A model generated the notes under the pieces. The model saw only the letters and a program-made list of their open reading frames with translations, was not told the origin of the DNA and did no database searches. 64,000 nt of DNA from a virus. Lineage: Duplodnaviria; Caudoviricetes. A program made the translations under genes and the position numbers. The DNA lies in IMG/VR virus record IMGVR_UViG_3300037419_000894, positions 10,242 to 74,241 of that record, one strand, 5' to 3'. Positions 8,844-19,094 of the stretch are shown piece by piece; position 1 is the first letter of the stretch, and the number at the start of each line of letters is the position of its first letter.

Positions 8844-9812
8844 ATGACCGACAAGACCACCCCCGCAGGCATCGACCTGGACCGCGATACCGTCCGCGCC
8901 GTGTTCATGAAGCACGGATTCACCATCAAGGAAGGGCAAACCGATCTCAAACCGTATGTGTATGCGGCAGCGGCAGAACTGATTGCGATCGCCCGTCAGC
9001 CGCGCGTGAGCGAACAGGCGGACGGGCGGGCGCTGCCGGCGTTGCCTGAGCCAATCCACACGTATGAGGCTCACATGGGGTTGCGCGTACCAGCCTTTTC
9101 CACCGAGCAGATGCATGCTTATGCCCGCGCCGCCCTCAACCTGCACGCTGCGCCCGAAGCACCAGCCACCCAGCAGGCAGGATCGGCTGTCGAGGGAACA
9201 TGGGAACCAATGGGCAAGTTCGCTGAACGGTTAGTACCTGCGGCCACCACGGCAAGCGCCCTGCCCCTCATCACCGATGCCGACCTGCCAGCGACACTCG
9301 AGCCTGGCTTCTACCTTGTGGGCGTCACGGCAAGCGCGAGCGGGGAGCCCTTCATGTGGTTCGATCCGGAACAGGTCGAGCGGGCAAAGCTGACGGACTA
9401 CGCTGACCACATCGGCATCTTCGGGTCGAGCGTCAAGTTTGGTAGCTTTACGGCACCACTCTACCGCACCCCAGTACCCAGCCGTGAGGCTGCACCGCTG
9501 GACAATGGAGAAGTCGCCCGCCTACGCCGTGTGGTGCGTGCCCTCAACATGGAGTCGCAAGTTCCTGACGATGATGCGACGTTGCGGGGCTGCCTGTTCT
9601 CCGTACTCGGGATGATCGCGTACAAGCTGGAGTGCGCAGCCCGCGCCGAGCAGGGCGCAGGACAGGTAGCACAAGAAATCTCCAACGGTTTGGTCCAATT
9701 CTTTGATGAATGGGAACAAATTATCCCGCAAGATGCCCGTGCAGCACTCCAAACGATTGTGAGTAAGTGTAGGGAATCTCTCACTCCAACACCAACCAAA
9801 CAGGGAGAATGA
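8844..9812 (+). CDS. hypothetical mosaic accessory protein
   Basis: AAGGA RBS, 322 aa, Ala/Pro-rich linkers between short modules. Confidence 0.6.
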   Translation: MTDKTTPAGIDLDRDTVRAVFMKHGFTIKEGQTDLKPYVYAAAAELIAIARQPRVSEQADGRALPALPEPIHTYEAHMGLRVPAFSTEQMHAYARAALNLHAAPEAPATQQAGSAVEGTWEPMGKFAERLVPAATTASALPLITDADLPATLEPGFYLVGVTASASGEPFMWFDPEQVERAKLTDYADHIGIFGSSVKFGSFTAPLYRTPVPSREAAPLDNGEVARLRRVVRALNMESQVPDDDATLRGCLFSVLGMIAYKLECAARAEQGAGQVAQEISNGLVQFFDEWEQIIPQDARAALQTIVSKCRESLTPTPTKQGE

Positions 9813-10027
9813 CATGCCAGTCTATACAATGATCGACCAAATGTCTCGTATTGCCATTGACATTTACATGGAATGGTGGTTCCAGTTGTGGTCACCGAAC
9901 TGGCTGGTGCTACCTCCCGTGCAACCAGAGTAGACCCTGCCTGTTGCAAATAGTTTAGTACGAACGTTGTGATAAGCGCTGGGGGTGTGTAATAATACCC
10001 CCTCGCAACACTTTGAGCTTAAATAAG

Positions 10028-10279
10028 ATGCAAACCAGTAATAACACATCCATCCTGGATGCTCAAAAAGAGTTTGACGACAAATACATAACGGCGTCCG
10101 AAGTGATGCAGTTGTTGGACATTGATCGGTCCGTCTTATTGTACGCCCGTAACCACAACAAACTTCCCGCGCCTATCTCCGCGAACGGCGGGCGTGTGCT
10201 GTTGTGGGAACGCAAAGTAATCCAGCCTTATTTGGATAATTGGAAAAAGAGCCTGCAAACTCGCCGGGGTGAGCGTTAA
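10028..10279 (+). CDS. AlpA/excisionase-like HTH DNA-binding protein
   Basis: YITASEVMQLLDIDRS...KLPAPI...LLWER winged-HTH pattern; directly precedes the primase. Confidence 0.7.
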   Translation: MQTSNNTSILDAQKEFDDKYITASEVMQLLDIDRSVLLYARNHNKLPAPISANGGRVLLWERKVIQPYLDNWKKSLQTRRGER

Positions 10280-12825
10280 TGCCATTTAACTACGACAACA
10301 TCCCTGAAGAGCTGCGTTGGATGCGCCAGTGGTACATTGCTGGTCCTGACGAGCACGGCAACTTTAAGTCACCACACGCCAAGGGGCGTAAGGGACTCTT
10401 CCATGTTAGCCCAAAGGATGAGCAACATGGTCAGGATTTCGAAACCATTGTCGAGTTTGTGTCTGCAAATTCACCGTGTGGTCTCGGGTTCATCCTTCGT
10501 CGTGGGGACGGCTACACGGTTATCGATCTCGATGTTAAAAATGAGGTCAATTATCCAAACAAAGTTGACCATCTTGGTAGGCCTGTAAAATGGACTACCG
10601 AGGATGAGCTTTCTAGGTTCCACAAAATCATTGAAGCTTTTGATAGCTATACTGAGCGCAGTGCGAGCGGTCAAGGTTTCCACATTTGGGTGGAGGGAAC
10701 CATCCCAAGCCGCGACGGCATGGGTATTAAGCGCGACGGTGTGGAGGTCTATTGCCAAGAGCGCTTTATTGTGTGCACGGGTGACGTGTTCCTGGACCGC
10801 CCAATCCGCAGACAGCAAGATTTGCTTGATATGCTGGTGACCGAGATTGAAGCTGGGCAGAAACAGTCGCAACGTTTCGATCTGGTTGAAGAAACGGAAG
10901 TAAAGACAGACGACGAAATCTTCGCTGAAGCCTGCTCGGCTGAAAACTCGGAAAAGTTTGTAAGTCTGTGTGAGGGTAACATTGACGGGTATCCGTCACA
11001 GTCTGAAGCAGACCTTGCATTAATGTCAATGTTTGCGTTCTACTCAAAATCGAACGCACAGTGCCGGCGCATGTTCAGGCTAACCAGACTTGGCCAGAGA
11101 TCCAAAGCGAACCGCAATGATGTGCACTTGGATCGAATCCTGCGCATTATTCGGTCTAGGCAATCGCTGGAGGAGCAAGCACAGGAATATGCTGAACGGA
11201 TGACTGCTGCACTGGTGGCAAACCTGCGGCCCGGTGCACCCGTAGCACCCCCGCCGGTACGCCCGGCAGCACAGCAAAGCACACCGCACAGCGCTCCCGC
11301 ACCTGTACCGCCTGTGGTAGCACCCGCACCTGTACAAACTGCACCAGTAGCACCGCAACCGATTCCGTACACGCAACCGCTTGAAGTCTCGCACATCCCA
11401 TTCCCGGATGAAGTTGAACCGGAGGGTGACACATTCGAGTACGAGGAGACTAATAGGCCTGCTGGTATCGATTGGCCGCCAGGCATGGCTGGAGCGCTAG
11501 CGCGTTACATCTACAATAGCTCGCTGCGACCCGTGCGCGAAGTGTCGATTGTGGCCACACTGGGCCTGCTTGCCGGAGTGTGTGGTAAAGCATTCCAAAT
11601 CCCGCAGTCGGGCTTGAACCTGTACATCACATTGGTCGCACGGTCAGCAGTTGGTAAAGAGGCGATGCACAGTGGTATTGCTAACGTCATGAACTTTGTG
11701 CGCGATGCAGTGCCCAATGCTATGTCGTTTGTTGACTTTGCGGAGTATGCGTCCGGTCCTGCACTAACGAAAGTCACAGCAGCTAACCCATCGTTCGTGA
11801 ACGTGTCTGGTGAGTGGGGTCGCCGTCTAAAACGTCTTGCAATGGAGGATGGCAGGGACGGTCCGATGCAAAGCCTCCGGACGGTAATGACCAACCTGTA
11901 TCAAAAGTCCGCATCGACGTCCATTGTTGGCGGTATTGGCTACTCCGACCAAGAAAAGAGTGTGGCTAGTGTTTCTGGTGTAGCGTACAGTATGATTGGT
12001 GAGACAACACCAAACACTTTCTATGAGTCGCTGACAGATAATATGATGGAAGATGGCTTTTTGAGCCGTTTCACCATTATTGAATACACTGGTGAGCGTC
12101 CACCTGAGAATGAGAATCCGGTTATGAAAGCGGACCCCATCCTCATCGAAGCTGTCTGTGCCCTGATGGCACAAGCTGTCACACTTAACGAGCGCTTTAC
12201 AGTGCAACAGGTTCTGAGGAGCCAAGCTGCCCACGACATGTTGCGAGCATTTAATCTGGAGTGCGACGCAGAGATTCATGAAAGTGGCGATGATGAGAGT
12301 CGTCGTCAGATGTGGAACCGTGCGAGCTTAAAGGCTAGCCGAATTGCTGCTCTACTTGCTGTTGCAGATAACCATGTCAACCCGGTCATTCAGCAGAACC
12401 ACGCAGAATGGGCTCTTGATGTGATTCGCCGTGACATTGCACTTATGCGCAGGCGCATTAACTCCGGTGACGTTGGTGTCGGTGATGCAACTCGTGAAAA
12501 GAAAGCCTTGTCGCTCATCCATCGCTATTTGGTGTCATCCTTGCCGCCGAGCTACGGTATTCCGGAGCGCATACGTCAGGACGGCATCGTGCCTCGCAAG
12601 TATTTGCAATTGACCACACAACGCATTGCGTCCTTCACGACGCACAGGAATGGTCAGAACTTAGCGCTCGACGCGACGCTTAAATCGTTGGTTGATAGTG
12701 GCTATCTAGTTGAAGTGCAAAAAGAGAAGATGCTGACACAGTACAACTTCTCCGGTCGAGCGTTCCGTGTAGTCTCCCTTCCGCCTAATATAGGCGAGAA
12801 GAAAAGTAGTGCAAAGCGTCAATAG
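10279..12825 (+). CDS. DNA primase-polymerase with C-terminal helicase-like (DUF3987-type) domain
   Basis: AEP motifs IDLD, YTERSASGQGFHIW, EVY...RFIVCTG; SQSEADLAL helical bundle; Pro-rich linker; ARSAVGKE P-loop-like motif. Confidence 0.85.
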   Translation: MPFNYDNIPEELRWMRQWYIAGPDEHGNFKSPHAKGRKGLFHVSPKDEQHGQDFETIVEFVSANSPCGLGFILRRGDGYTVIDLDVKNEVNYPNKVDHLGRPVKWTTEDELSRFHKIIEAFDSYTERSASGQGFHIWVEGTIPSRDGMGIKRDGVEVYCQERFIVCTGDVFLDRPIRRQQDLLDMLVTEIEAGQKQSQRFDLVEETEVKTDDEIFAEACSAENSEKFVSLCEGNIDGYPSQSEADLALMSMFAFYSKSNAQCRRMFRLTRLGQRSKANRNDVHLDRILRIIRSRQSLEEQAQEYAERMTAALVANLRPGAPVAPPPVRPAAQQSTPHSAPAPVPPVVAPAPVQTAPVAPQPIPYTQPLEVSHIPFPDEVEPEGDTFEYEETNRPAGIDWPPGMAGALARYIYNSSLRPVREVSIVATLGLLAGVCGKAFQIPQSGLNLYITLVARSAVGKEAMHSGIANVMNFVRDAVPNAMSFVDFAEYASGPALTKVTAANPSFVNVSGEWGRRLKRLAMEDGRDGPMQSLRTVMTNLYQKSASTSIVGGIGYSDQEKSVASVSGVAYSMIGETTPNTFYESLTDNMMEDGFLSRFTIIEYTGERPPENENPVMKADPILIEAVCALMAQAVTLNERFTVQQVLRSQAAHDMLRAFNLECDAEIHESGDDESRRQMWNRASLKASRIAALLAVADNHVNPVIQQNHAEWALDVIRRDIALMRRRINSGDVGVGDATREKKALSLIHRYLVSSLPPSYGIPERIRQDGIVPRKYLQLTTQRIASFTTHRNGQNLALDATLKSLVDSGYLVEVQKEKMLTQYNFSGRAFRVVSLPPNIGEKKSSAKRQ

Positions 12826-12902
12826 TCCAAAGCTAGCGCCGCGCCCCTACATGCGTTATAATGGGGTGCAGTACGTTAATAACCACACAACAAGGAGTCA
12901 CA

Positions 12903-13457
12903 GTGTTGAAGAAAACCACATTTGAGCTCGTGTCTGCAATGAACGAAACTTTCGGCAACCCAAAGGGCGATCCGAGCAATATCAACTGGGCACGAGTGCG
13001 CAACCAGTTCAAGAATGTCGGCCATGAGTTCGTGGAGCTGATGCAGGCGTTGGGACTTGATCCGGCTTGTGTAGAGAACATTCTCGGAGCCATTGACCGC
13101 AACACCAACCCTGAGCAGTTCACCCAGCCTATCAACCTGTATAAGGTGCGTGACGCGTCCCGGGATGTGGTCGTGTTTGCAGATGGTGGACACCACTTGA
13201 TGGGTATCAACGGCGACCGCGACATGCAGTCGGTAATCGACGGCGTGATGACCCGCTTCGTGAAAGACGATGCTGACATGAAAGCGACGCTGGAAAAGCA
13301 TCACGCAAAGGGTATCAAGCACACTTACATCGAGGGGTCGTACCCAACTCTGATCCTGAAATCAGCAGCTGACCAGCCTGACGCTCCCTACGGTAAGTTC
13401 CTGAAATCTGCCAGCTACCGGGAACCGGTGTTCTATGACCCGACTGCGGAGGCCTGA
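12903..13457 (+). CDS. MazG-like / PRA-PH-like nucleotide pyrophosphohydrolase
   Basis: AGGAG RBS before GTG; NETFG, EFVEL, RDASRDVVVFADG, GINGD...MTRF pattern. Confidence 0.65.
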   Translation: MLKKTTFELVSAMNETFGNPKGDPSNINWARVRNQFKNVGHEFVELMQALGLDPACVENILGAIDRNTNPEQFTQPINLYKVRDASRDVVVFADGGHHLMGINGDRDMQSVIDGVMTRFVKDDADMKATLEKHHAKGIKHTYIEGSYPTLILKSAADQPDAPYGKFLKSASYREPVFYDPTAEA

Positions 13458-13794
13458 CATGGACCGTGCTGTTGAATTTTCAACTAATCATCCGGAGCCC
13501 TACAACGGCGCTCCGGTGCAGGAGTTAGACCCAACTGATCCGCGTGATCACGATGCGCCCGGTTGCGTAGGCAACCTGAACCACTGGACCGACGAAGTAC
13601 GTCCGCGCTAATGCGCGTGCACCCGAAAGGGTGCCAACATTTGAGCCAATTGTAATGAGGTCACTTCGTTAAGACTGACGAAGCTCTCAGCGCCTAGAGC
13701 CAGTGGGTGTTGACCGAATAGATTGGCAATTAGTTTCCGCAGTTGGCTCAAATGTTGTTCCGTAGTAGTGTCCCACCACAACAGGAGTGAAATT

Positions 13795-14244
13795 ATGTCA
13801 GACGACAAAGAAGTGCCTAAGACCGCCCTGCCGGTCGTTGAAGTTGTCACGCAGGAAGAAATGAATGAGTGGTACGAGCTCACTCAGAAGATGGCGGAAA
13901 TGAAGACCCGCGAATTGGTCCTCCGCAACAAAATCTTCAACAGCTACTTCCCCGATCCGGTGGAGGGCACCAACAACATCCCGCTCGAAGATGGCTTCGT
14001 GCTCAAGGCCCAGTACAAGCTGAACCGCACCGTCGACGAAGCTGTGCTCTCCGAGAAGGCTCAGGAGTTCAAGGATGCCAAGATCCCCGTGAAAGATCTG
14101 GTGGTGCTCAAACCCGAACTGTCAACCCGCGTCTACCGCGAACTGACCGAAGAACAGCGCGCCCTGTTCGACAAGGCGCTGGTTATCAGACCCGGCACCC
14201 CGCAACTGGAAATCACCAAAGCCAAGCGCGCGCTGCGCAAGTAA
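13795..14244 (+). CDS. conserved phage protein of the replication module
   Basis: AGGAG RBS before ATG 13795; strong codon bias; followed by terminator. Confidence 0.75.
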   Translation: MSDDKEVPKTALPVVEVVTQEEMNEWYELTQKMAEMKTRELVLRNKIFNSYFPDPVEGTNNIPLEDGFVLKAQYKLNRTVDEAVLSEKAQEFKDAKIPVKDLVVLKPELSTRVYRELTEEQRALFDKALVIRPGTPQLEITKAKRALRK

Positions 14245-14252
14245 CCACACAG

Positions 14253-14289
14253 CCGGCGGCCTGCGGGCCGTCGGTTTTTTTCTTTTTTT
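14253..14289 (+). terminator. Rho-independent terminator
   Basis: CCGGCGGCC-TGCG-GGCCGTCGG hairpin followed by a long T tract. Confidence 0.85.
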
Positions 14290-14299
14290 AAAGGCTATC

Positions 14300-14635
14300 A
14301 TGACTGAGAATGTGAAAGGTGAGTTCACTGGTGGTAACGTGAACTACTACCTTGTCGACATTAAAAAACCGAAGCGGCTGCTCCCTTACACAGCGGAAGC
14401 TGAAGATATCATTGAAGCTCTTGGCATGAACTTCGCCGAGGGTTGCGCGTTCAAGGCCATTTGGCGTAGCTGCGCTGCAAGGCAACTGGGCCTCTTCAAG
14501 GAGGGCATGGACGTTCACGGTGTGTATGACGCTGAAAAGACCGTGTACTACGGCAATCGCATGTTGGCACAGCGCACCCAAGAGCGCGACCAACAGCTCA
14601 GCTTGCCTAGCATTCCGCCGGTTCCAACCAAATAA
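14300..14635 (+). CDS. DUF3310-like protein
   Basis: YY...EAEDIIEALGMNFAEGCAFKAIWR...DAEK pattern. Confidence 0.65.
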   Translation: MTENVKGEFTGGNVNYYLVDIKKPKRLLPYTAEAEDIIEALGMNFAEGCAFKAIWRSCAARQLGLFKEGMDVHGVYDAEKTVYYGNRMLAQRTQERDQQLSLPSIPPVPTK

Positions 14636-14646
14636 CGGGAGTGGTC

Positions 14647-15588
14647 ATGGTAAAGAATTGCATGCTAGCAGATGATTTAGAAGAAGATAAGCTGAGGTTC
14701 CCGCTGGGAATGCAGATGAAGATTGACGGAGTCCGAGGCTGGTATCCGAAAGACAAGCTGCTCGCACGCAGCAACAAGGAATTCGGCAACCGCTACACAC
14801 AGCGCTTTTTCAGCGACCCGATCTACCAGTACCTCGACGGTGAGTTTGCAGCTGAGCGGGAAACGCACCCTGCACTGGCCAGGCTTACCAGCAGTGCAAC
14901 GCGCACGTTCGAAGGTGAACCGTACCTACTCTGGCATGTGTTCGATTATCTACATCCAGACGTCATCGGGCTGCCTTACGAGCAACGATATGCTGCGCTC
15001 GCAGAACACGTCAAGCAATTGTGGCAACGTGGCGAAGAACACATTCGACTCGTTCCAATGGTTGTGGTCAATAGCCTCGAAGAATACCTTGCGCAAAAGA
15101 AGGTCTGGCTTGACATGGGTTACGAGGGTGTCATTGTGCGCTGCTTGAAAGGTTTGTACAAGCACGGACGCAGCACGGTCAAGCAGATGTGGCTCTTGCG
15201 CGGAAAGGACTTCATCGACTTCGAGTTTGTGGCCACACGCATCACCGAGGGCCGCACAAACCTGAACGAAGCCACGACCAACGAGCGCGGGCTAACCGAG
15301 CGCAGCACGCATCAGGAGAACATGGTGCCTAACGGAATGGTGGGCAACCTTATCGGCAACGTGTGCAAGGACGTGAAAGACCCGCAGACCAAGCAGGTTT
15401 TGCTCACCGCTGGTCAGGAAGTCACTGTCAGCCCGGGCGAAATGGACCACACAATGCGCAAGCATTATTTCGAGAACCAGCATCTGATTCTCGGGCAAAT
15501 CAATAAAGCTAAGTTCTTTCCCAAGGGACATAAGGACAAGCCGCGTTTCCCGATCTGGCAGTCTTTGCGCGCAGCGGAGGACATGTGA
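14647..15588 (+). CDS. ATP-dependent DNA ligase
   Basis: K-x-D-G-x-R (KIDGVRG), LDGEF, VFD, GYEGVIVR motifs. Confidence 0.9.
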   Translation: MVKNCMLADDLEEDKLRFPLGMQMKIDGVRGWYPKDKLLARSNKEFGNRYTQRFFSDPIYQYLDGEFAAERETHPALARLTSSATRTFEGEPYLLWHVFDYLHPDVIGLPYEQRYAALAEHVKQLWQRGEEHIRLVPMVVVNSLEEYLAQKKVWLDMGYEGVIVRCLKGLYKHGRSTVKQMWLLRGKDFIDFEFVATRITEGRTNLNEATTNERGLTERSTHQENMVPNGMVGNLIGNVCKDVKDPQTKQVLLTAGQEVTVSPGEMDHTMRKHYFENQHLILGQINKAKFFPKGHKDKPRFPIWQSLRAAEDM

Positions 15589-15818
15589 AATTTATTGACC
15601 CGAACGACTACAGTAGACAAGTATCAATCTGTCTAGAAATTGATCAAGTTATTAGACAGGAAGTTGGTGGCATGCCATGGGTCTATGGTAGCGAGATAAA
15701 CTCTTTAAAAGCGCAAGTTGAGACGTTGACTAACATCTTGGTCATCATGGCGAATCATATGCCCGAGCGCTGCAAGCAGACGATTGCACAGAGCCTCGGT
15801 TACACACCTGCAGACTAA
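15585..15818 (+). CDS. hypothetical protein
   Basis: GGAGG RBS, GTGA overlap. Confidence 0.55.
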   Translation: MKFIDPNDYSRQVSICLEIDQVIRQEVGGMPWVYGSEINSLKAQVETLTNILVIMANHMPERCKQTIAQSLGYTPAD

Positions 15819-15839
15819 AACATCCAACGCGAATATCAC

Positions 15840-15868
15840 TTGCGTTAGCGCAAAAAGTCGCGCACAAT
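15840..15868 (+). promoter_or_regulatory. putative promoter/operator, copy 1 of TTGCGTTAGCGCAAA
   Basis: TTGCGT-17 nt-CACAAT; 15-mer identical to 20890 and, reversed, 63757. Confidence 0.55.
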
Positions 15869-15948
15869 ACCTGTTACCCGCACTGCGGAGTTTATAACCG
15901 GACGCCCTGACCACACAGCAGGGCCGTTCACTAACTATTGGAGTCACA

Positions 15949-16788
15949 ATGTCGATTCTTAGCATGGTCAGCACGCAAACCGCCCGAGCTGGTGTGCGTG
16001 TGGTCATTGCGGGAACCGAGGGCATCGGTAAAACGACCCTTATGGCCAGCGCACCCCGCGTGCTGGCGGTCCCGCTCGAAAACGGCCTCGTGGGTGTCAA
16101 CGTAGCGAAGACGCCACCGCTGGAGCACTATGATCACGTCATGATGCTGCTGGACGAGATCGAAGGAAACATCAAGGCTGGGCAGTTCCCCTACATGACA
16201 CTCGCTGTGGACAGCGCCACCGCACTGGAACGCCTGATTCATCAGAAGGTGCTCGAGACCGACCCGACCTACGGCAAAGGCAATAAGAAGGCCCTGACCA
16301 TGGAATCGGCGCTCGGCGGTTACGGCAAGGCGTACCAGTACGCCAACGAATTGTTCGACAACTTCCTCAAGAAGTGTGATGTCCTGTCGCAGTGGTACGG
16401 CCTGAATATCATTCTGACCTGCCACGTTTTTTCCGCACAAGTTCTCGACCCGACCGCCGGCGAATACAACTGCTGGGATCTCCTGCTGCACTCGCCAAAG
16501 AACCAGAAGGCCTACGGTAAGCGCGAGATGCTGACGCAGTGGGCGGACATCGTTGGCTTCCTGTACGAACCCATCTTCGTCACCGAGGGTGACAACATGA
16601 ACAAGGGCGTCAGCGCAGGCAAAGGTCGTCTGCTTGGCGTCACCCGTGAGCCAGGCTTCGTCGCCAAGAACCGCTTCAACGTCGGTCCGCCGATCCCCAT
16701 CCCGCGTGAGCAAGGCTGGAACCAGCTTGCGCATGCGATCTACCAGGCCAGCGGTTACGACTGCTACAACCGCGACGTTCCGCAATGA
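15949..16788 (+). CDS. AAA-family ATPase (Sak4/AAA_24-like recombination protein)
   Basis: GTEGIGKTT Walker A, LAVDSAT Walker B, IILTCH, WADIVGF, AKNRF. Confidence 0.85.
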   Translation: MSILSMVSTQTARAGVRVVIAGTEGIGKTTLMASAPRVLAVPLENGLVGVNVAKTPPLEHYDHVMMLLDEIEGNIKAGQFPYMTLAVDSATALERLIHQKVLETDPTYGKGNKKALTMESALGGYGKAYQYANELFDNFLKKCDVLSQWYGLNIILTCHVFSAQVLDPTAGEYNCWDLLLHSPKNQKAYGKREMLTQWADIVGFLYEPIFVTEGDNMNKGVSAGKGRLLGVTREPGFVAKNRFNVGPPIPIPREQGWNQLAHAIYQASGYDCYNRDVPQ

Positions 16789-17063
16789 CCGAATTCCGTG
16801 TGAGTAAGGTTGATACAACTACGATCACCTTGACCAAGAAAGGATGCTGCATAATGCCTCGTAGCAAGATGCAGGAGCGAATCGACATATTCGCACAGGC
16901 CCGCAGATTCAGCGGTTCCCCTAATTACATGATGAAGCATCTTCCCGCTATCATCAGCAACCTGTTTGCCCGCGGCCTACCCCACGGCTGGGGTAATTAA
17001 GATTTTTCAACCCGCATAGCCGGCCTGCGGAAAAGGTCGGCGTCCTCAATATAGGGAATTAAA

Positions 17064-17957
17064 ATGCCAGTTATCAATTTCGACCCGCGTACCGTTGCCC
17101 CGGACGCAGGCCAACCCGATGCCCTGCCGAACGGCTGGTACGTGTTCATCGCCAAGGAAATGGAAGTCAAGCCTGGCGACAACGGCTGGAGCCTGAGCAC
17201 CATGTTCGAAGTTGTCGAGCCTGCGCAGTTCAAGGGCCGCAAAGCCTTCCACAACTTCAACATGGAAAACACCAGCGAAAAGGCACAGAACATCGGCCGC
17301 GCGCAACTGAGCGCCCTGTGCTACGGTGTGGGCCACTTGGACATCGTTACCGATACCGCGCTGCTGTATGACCGCCCGTTCAAGGGCAAGGTCGCCTTCA
17401 AGCCTGCAGAAGGCCAATACCAAGCGAAGAACGAGTTCAAGGCCTTCAAGCCGATGTCCGAAGACGTCGTCCTCGGCCCGTCGGGTGGTGCAACCCCCGC
17501 CAAAGGTGCACAAGCGCCGACCGGTCCCGCAGGCTTCCCGCCGCCCGCGCAACCTGTCACCCCTCCGCCGATGCAGCAACAACCGCAATGGCAGCAGCCT
17601 GCCCAACAGCCACCGATGCAACAAGCTCCGGTCCAGCAAGCCCCTGTTCAACAGCTAATGCAACAACCGGTCCAACAGCAGCAACAGCCATGGAACAACG
17701 GCGCTCAGCAACCGTGGCAGCAACCGGCCGCGCAAGCTCCGATGCAACAGCAGGCTCCGGTCCAACAGCCCCCGATGCAACAGCCGCCGATGCAGCAACA
17801 AGCTCAGCCGGCCTGGGCAGCAGCACCTGCCTATGACCCAAACGTCGGGGCTGGTGCGGCCAACTCGGCTGCCCCGGCCCAGCAGCCGACTACTGCCCCG
17901 TCACCGGAAGCCCAAGCTGCCCAATCGGCTCCGCCGCCGTGGGCTCGTCAAGGCTAA
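17064..17957 (+). CDS. single-stranded DNA-binding protein (DUF669-like) with Gln/Pro-rich tail
   Basis: LPNGWY...KGRKAFHNFN...IGRAQLSALC...NE-x-K N-terminal domain; long low-complexity C terminus. Confidence 0.75.
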   Translation: MPVINFDPRTVAPDAGQPDALPNGWYVFIAKEMEVKPGDNGWSLSTMFEVVEPAQFKGRKAFHNFNMENTSEKAQNIGRAQLSALCYGVGHLDIVTDTALLYDRPFKGKVAFKPAEGQYQAKNEFKAFKPMSEDVVLGPSGGATPAKGAQAPTGPAGFPPPAQPVTPPPMQQQPQWQQPAQQPPMQQAPVQQAPVQQLMQQPVQQQQQPWNNGAQQPWQQPAAQAPMQQQAPVQQPPMQQPPMQQQAQPAWAAAPAYDPNVGAGAANSAAPAQQPTTAPSPEAQAAQSAPPPWARQG

Positions 17958-17966
17958 AGTGACCAC

Positions 17967-17992
17967 ACAGCCTGCCTTCGGGCAGGTTGTTT
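17967..17992 (+). terminator. putative terminator
   Basis: ACAGCCTGCC-TTCG-GGCAGGTTGT hairpin with UUCG loop just after the SSB stop. Confidence 0.65.
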
Positions 17993-18130
17993 AAAGCTGA
18001 CGATGCCGCGTAAGCGGAGCTACGGTCTGCTAATCTGCCTGGAATACACGCCACGGGAACCGTGACACGGTAACGAAGCATTTTAGTCGCTGGATGCCTT
18101 CCAGCCGTCAGCTTTAAACAAGGGAGAACT

Positions 18131-19093
18131 ATGGGTATTCAGCTTGCAATCAAAACACTGGACGCGATTGCGACTCAAATTGAGTCGGACCAAGGCGCGA
18201 AGTTCCGCACTCACCTCGGTCAAGTGATCCCACACATTGGTGATGCCTACCGTGGTGAGGACAGCGGTTTCCGTTCGCACCTTGGCGCGTCCATGATTGG
18301 CAGGCCGTGTGGTCGTAGTCTGTGGTTCAATTTCCGCTGGGTCAAGAAAGCCCGGTTTTCTGGACGCATGCTGCGTCTGTTCAATAGGGGACATCTTGAA
18401 GAAGCTCGCTTCATTGCTATGTTTTTGGCGATTGGTTGCCAAGTTTATCAGCAAGATGCTAATGGTAATCAGTTTAGGATTTCTGAGCTGGGTGGTCATT
18501 TCGGGGGTAGTGGTGACGGCGTTATTGTTGGGATTCCTGATCTCCCTCCTAACACCCCCGCTCTAGCTGAATTCAAAACCCACAACCTCAAATCATTCAC
18601 CAAGCTGCAAAAGTCTGGTGTGCGCGAAGCCAAGTTCGAACATTTTGTGCAGATGCAGATGTACATGCGCAAGATGCAGCTTCCAGTAGCGATCTATGGT
18701 GCGGTATGCAAAGACAACGATGAGCTCCACTTAGAAATCGTCTACCCAGACCAATACTTTGCAGACCAGTACCTTGAACGTGGGCGCACCATTGTTATGA
18801 TGCGTCAAGTCCCCGAGCCAATCAAGAACGCTTCGCCTGGCCTGTTCGACTGCAAGTATTGCGACTACAACGGTATCTGCTATGACCGTGAGCCTCCCGA
18901 GCACAACTGCCGGACTTGCGTACATTCTGAACCGCGTGCAGATGGGACTTGGTGGTGTGGTGATAAGAAACGACACATGGCAATGTCGTTTGGTAATCTG
19001 AGTGACGATGACCACACTCCAGGCGAAACTCTCCAGCTTAGTAAGGAACGTCAGCTCAAAGGCTGCAAGACCTTCTACGCCTCGGTGATGTAA
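18131..19093 (+). CDS. Cas4/RecB-like PD-(D/E)xK exonuclease
   Basis: SHLGASMIG-x-x-C, GSGDG, LAEFKT, QMQMYM, CKYC, CRTC. Confidence 0.85.
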   Translation: MGIQLAIKTLDAIATQIESDQGAKFRTHLGQVIPHIGDAYRGEDSGFRSHLGASMIGRPCGRSLWFNFRWVKKARFSGRMLRLFNRGHLEEARFIAMFLAIGCQVYQQDANGNQFRISELGGHFGGSGDGVIVGIPDLPPNTPALAEFKTHNLKSFTKLQKSGVREAKFEHFVQMQMYMRKMQLPVAIYGAVCKDNDELHLEIVYPDQYFADQYLERGRTIVMMRQVPEPIKNASPGLFDCKYCDYNGICYDREPPEHNCRTCVHSEPRADGTWWCGDKKRHMAMSFGNLSDDDHTPGETLQLSKERQLKGCKTFYASVM

Positions 19094-19094
19094 T

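Noticed and set aside
9814-9933. 39-codon Trp-rich ORF (MPVYTMIDQ...WWFQLWSPNW) with a GGAG RBS
   Set aside because: Plausible small gene but too short to support without expression data or homologues.
10028-10279. AlpA/excisionase-like gene as a sign of lysogeny
   Set aside because: No integrase, attP-like arrangement, partition genes or CI/Cro switch recognised in the window.
18131-19093. Cas4-like gene as evidence of CRISPR
   Set aside because: No repeat-spacer array or other cas genes; it sits in the usual phage AAA-SSB-nuclease-helicase module.
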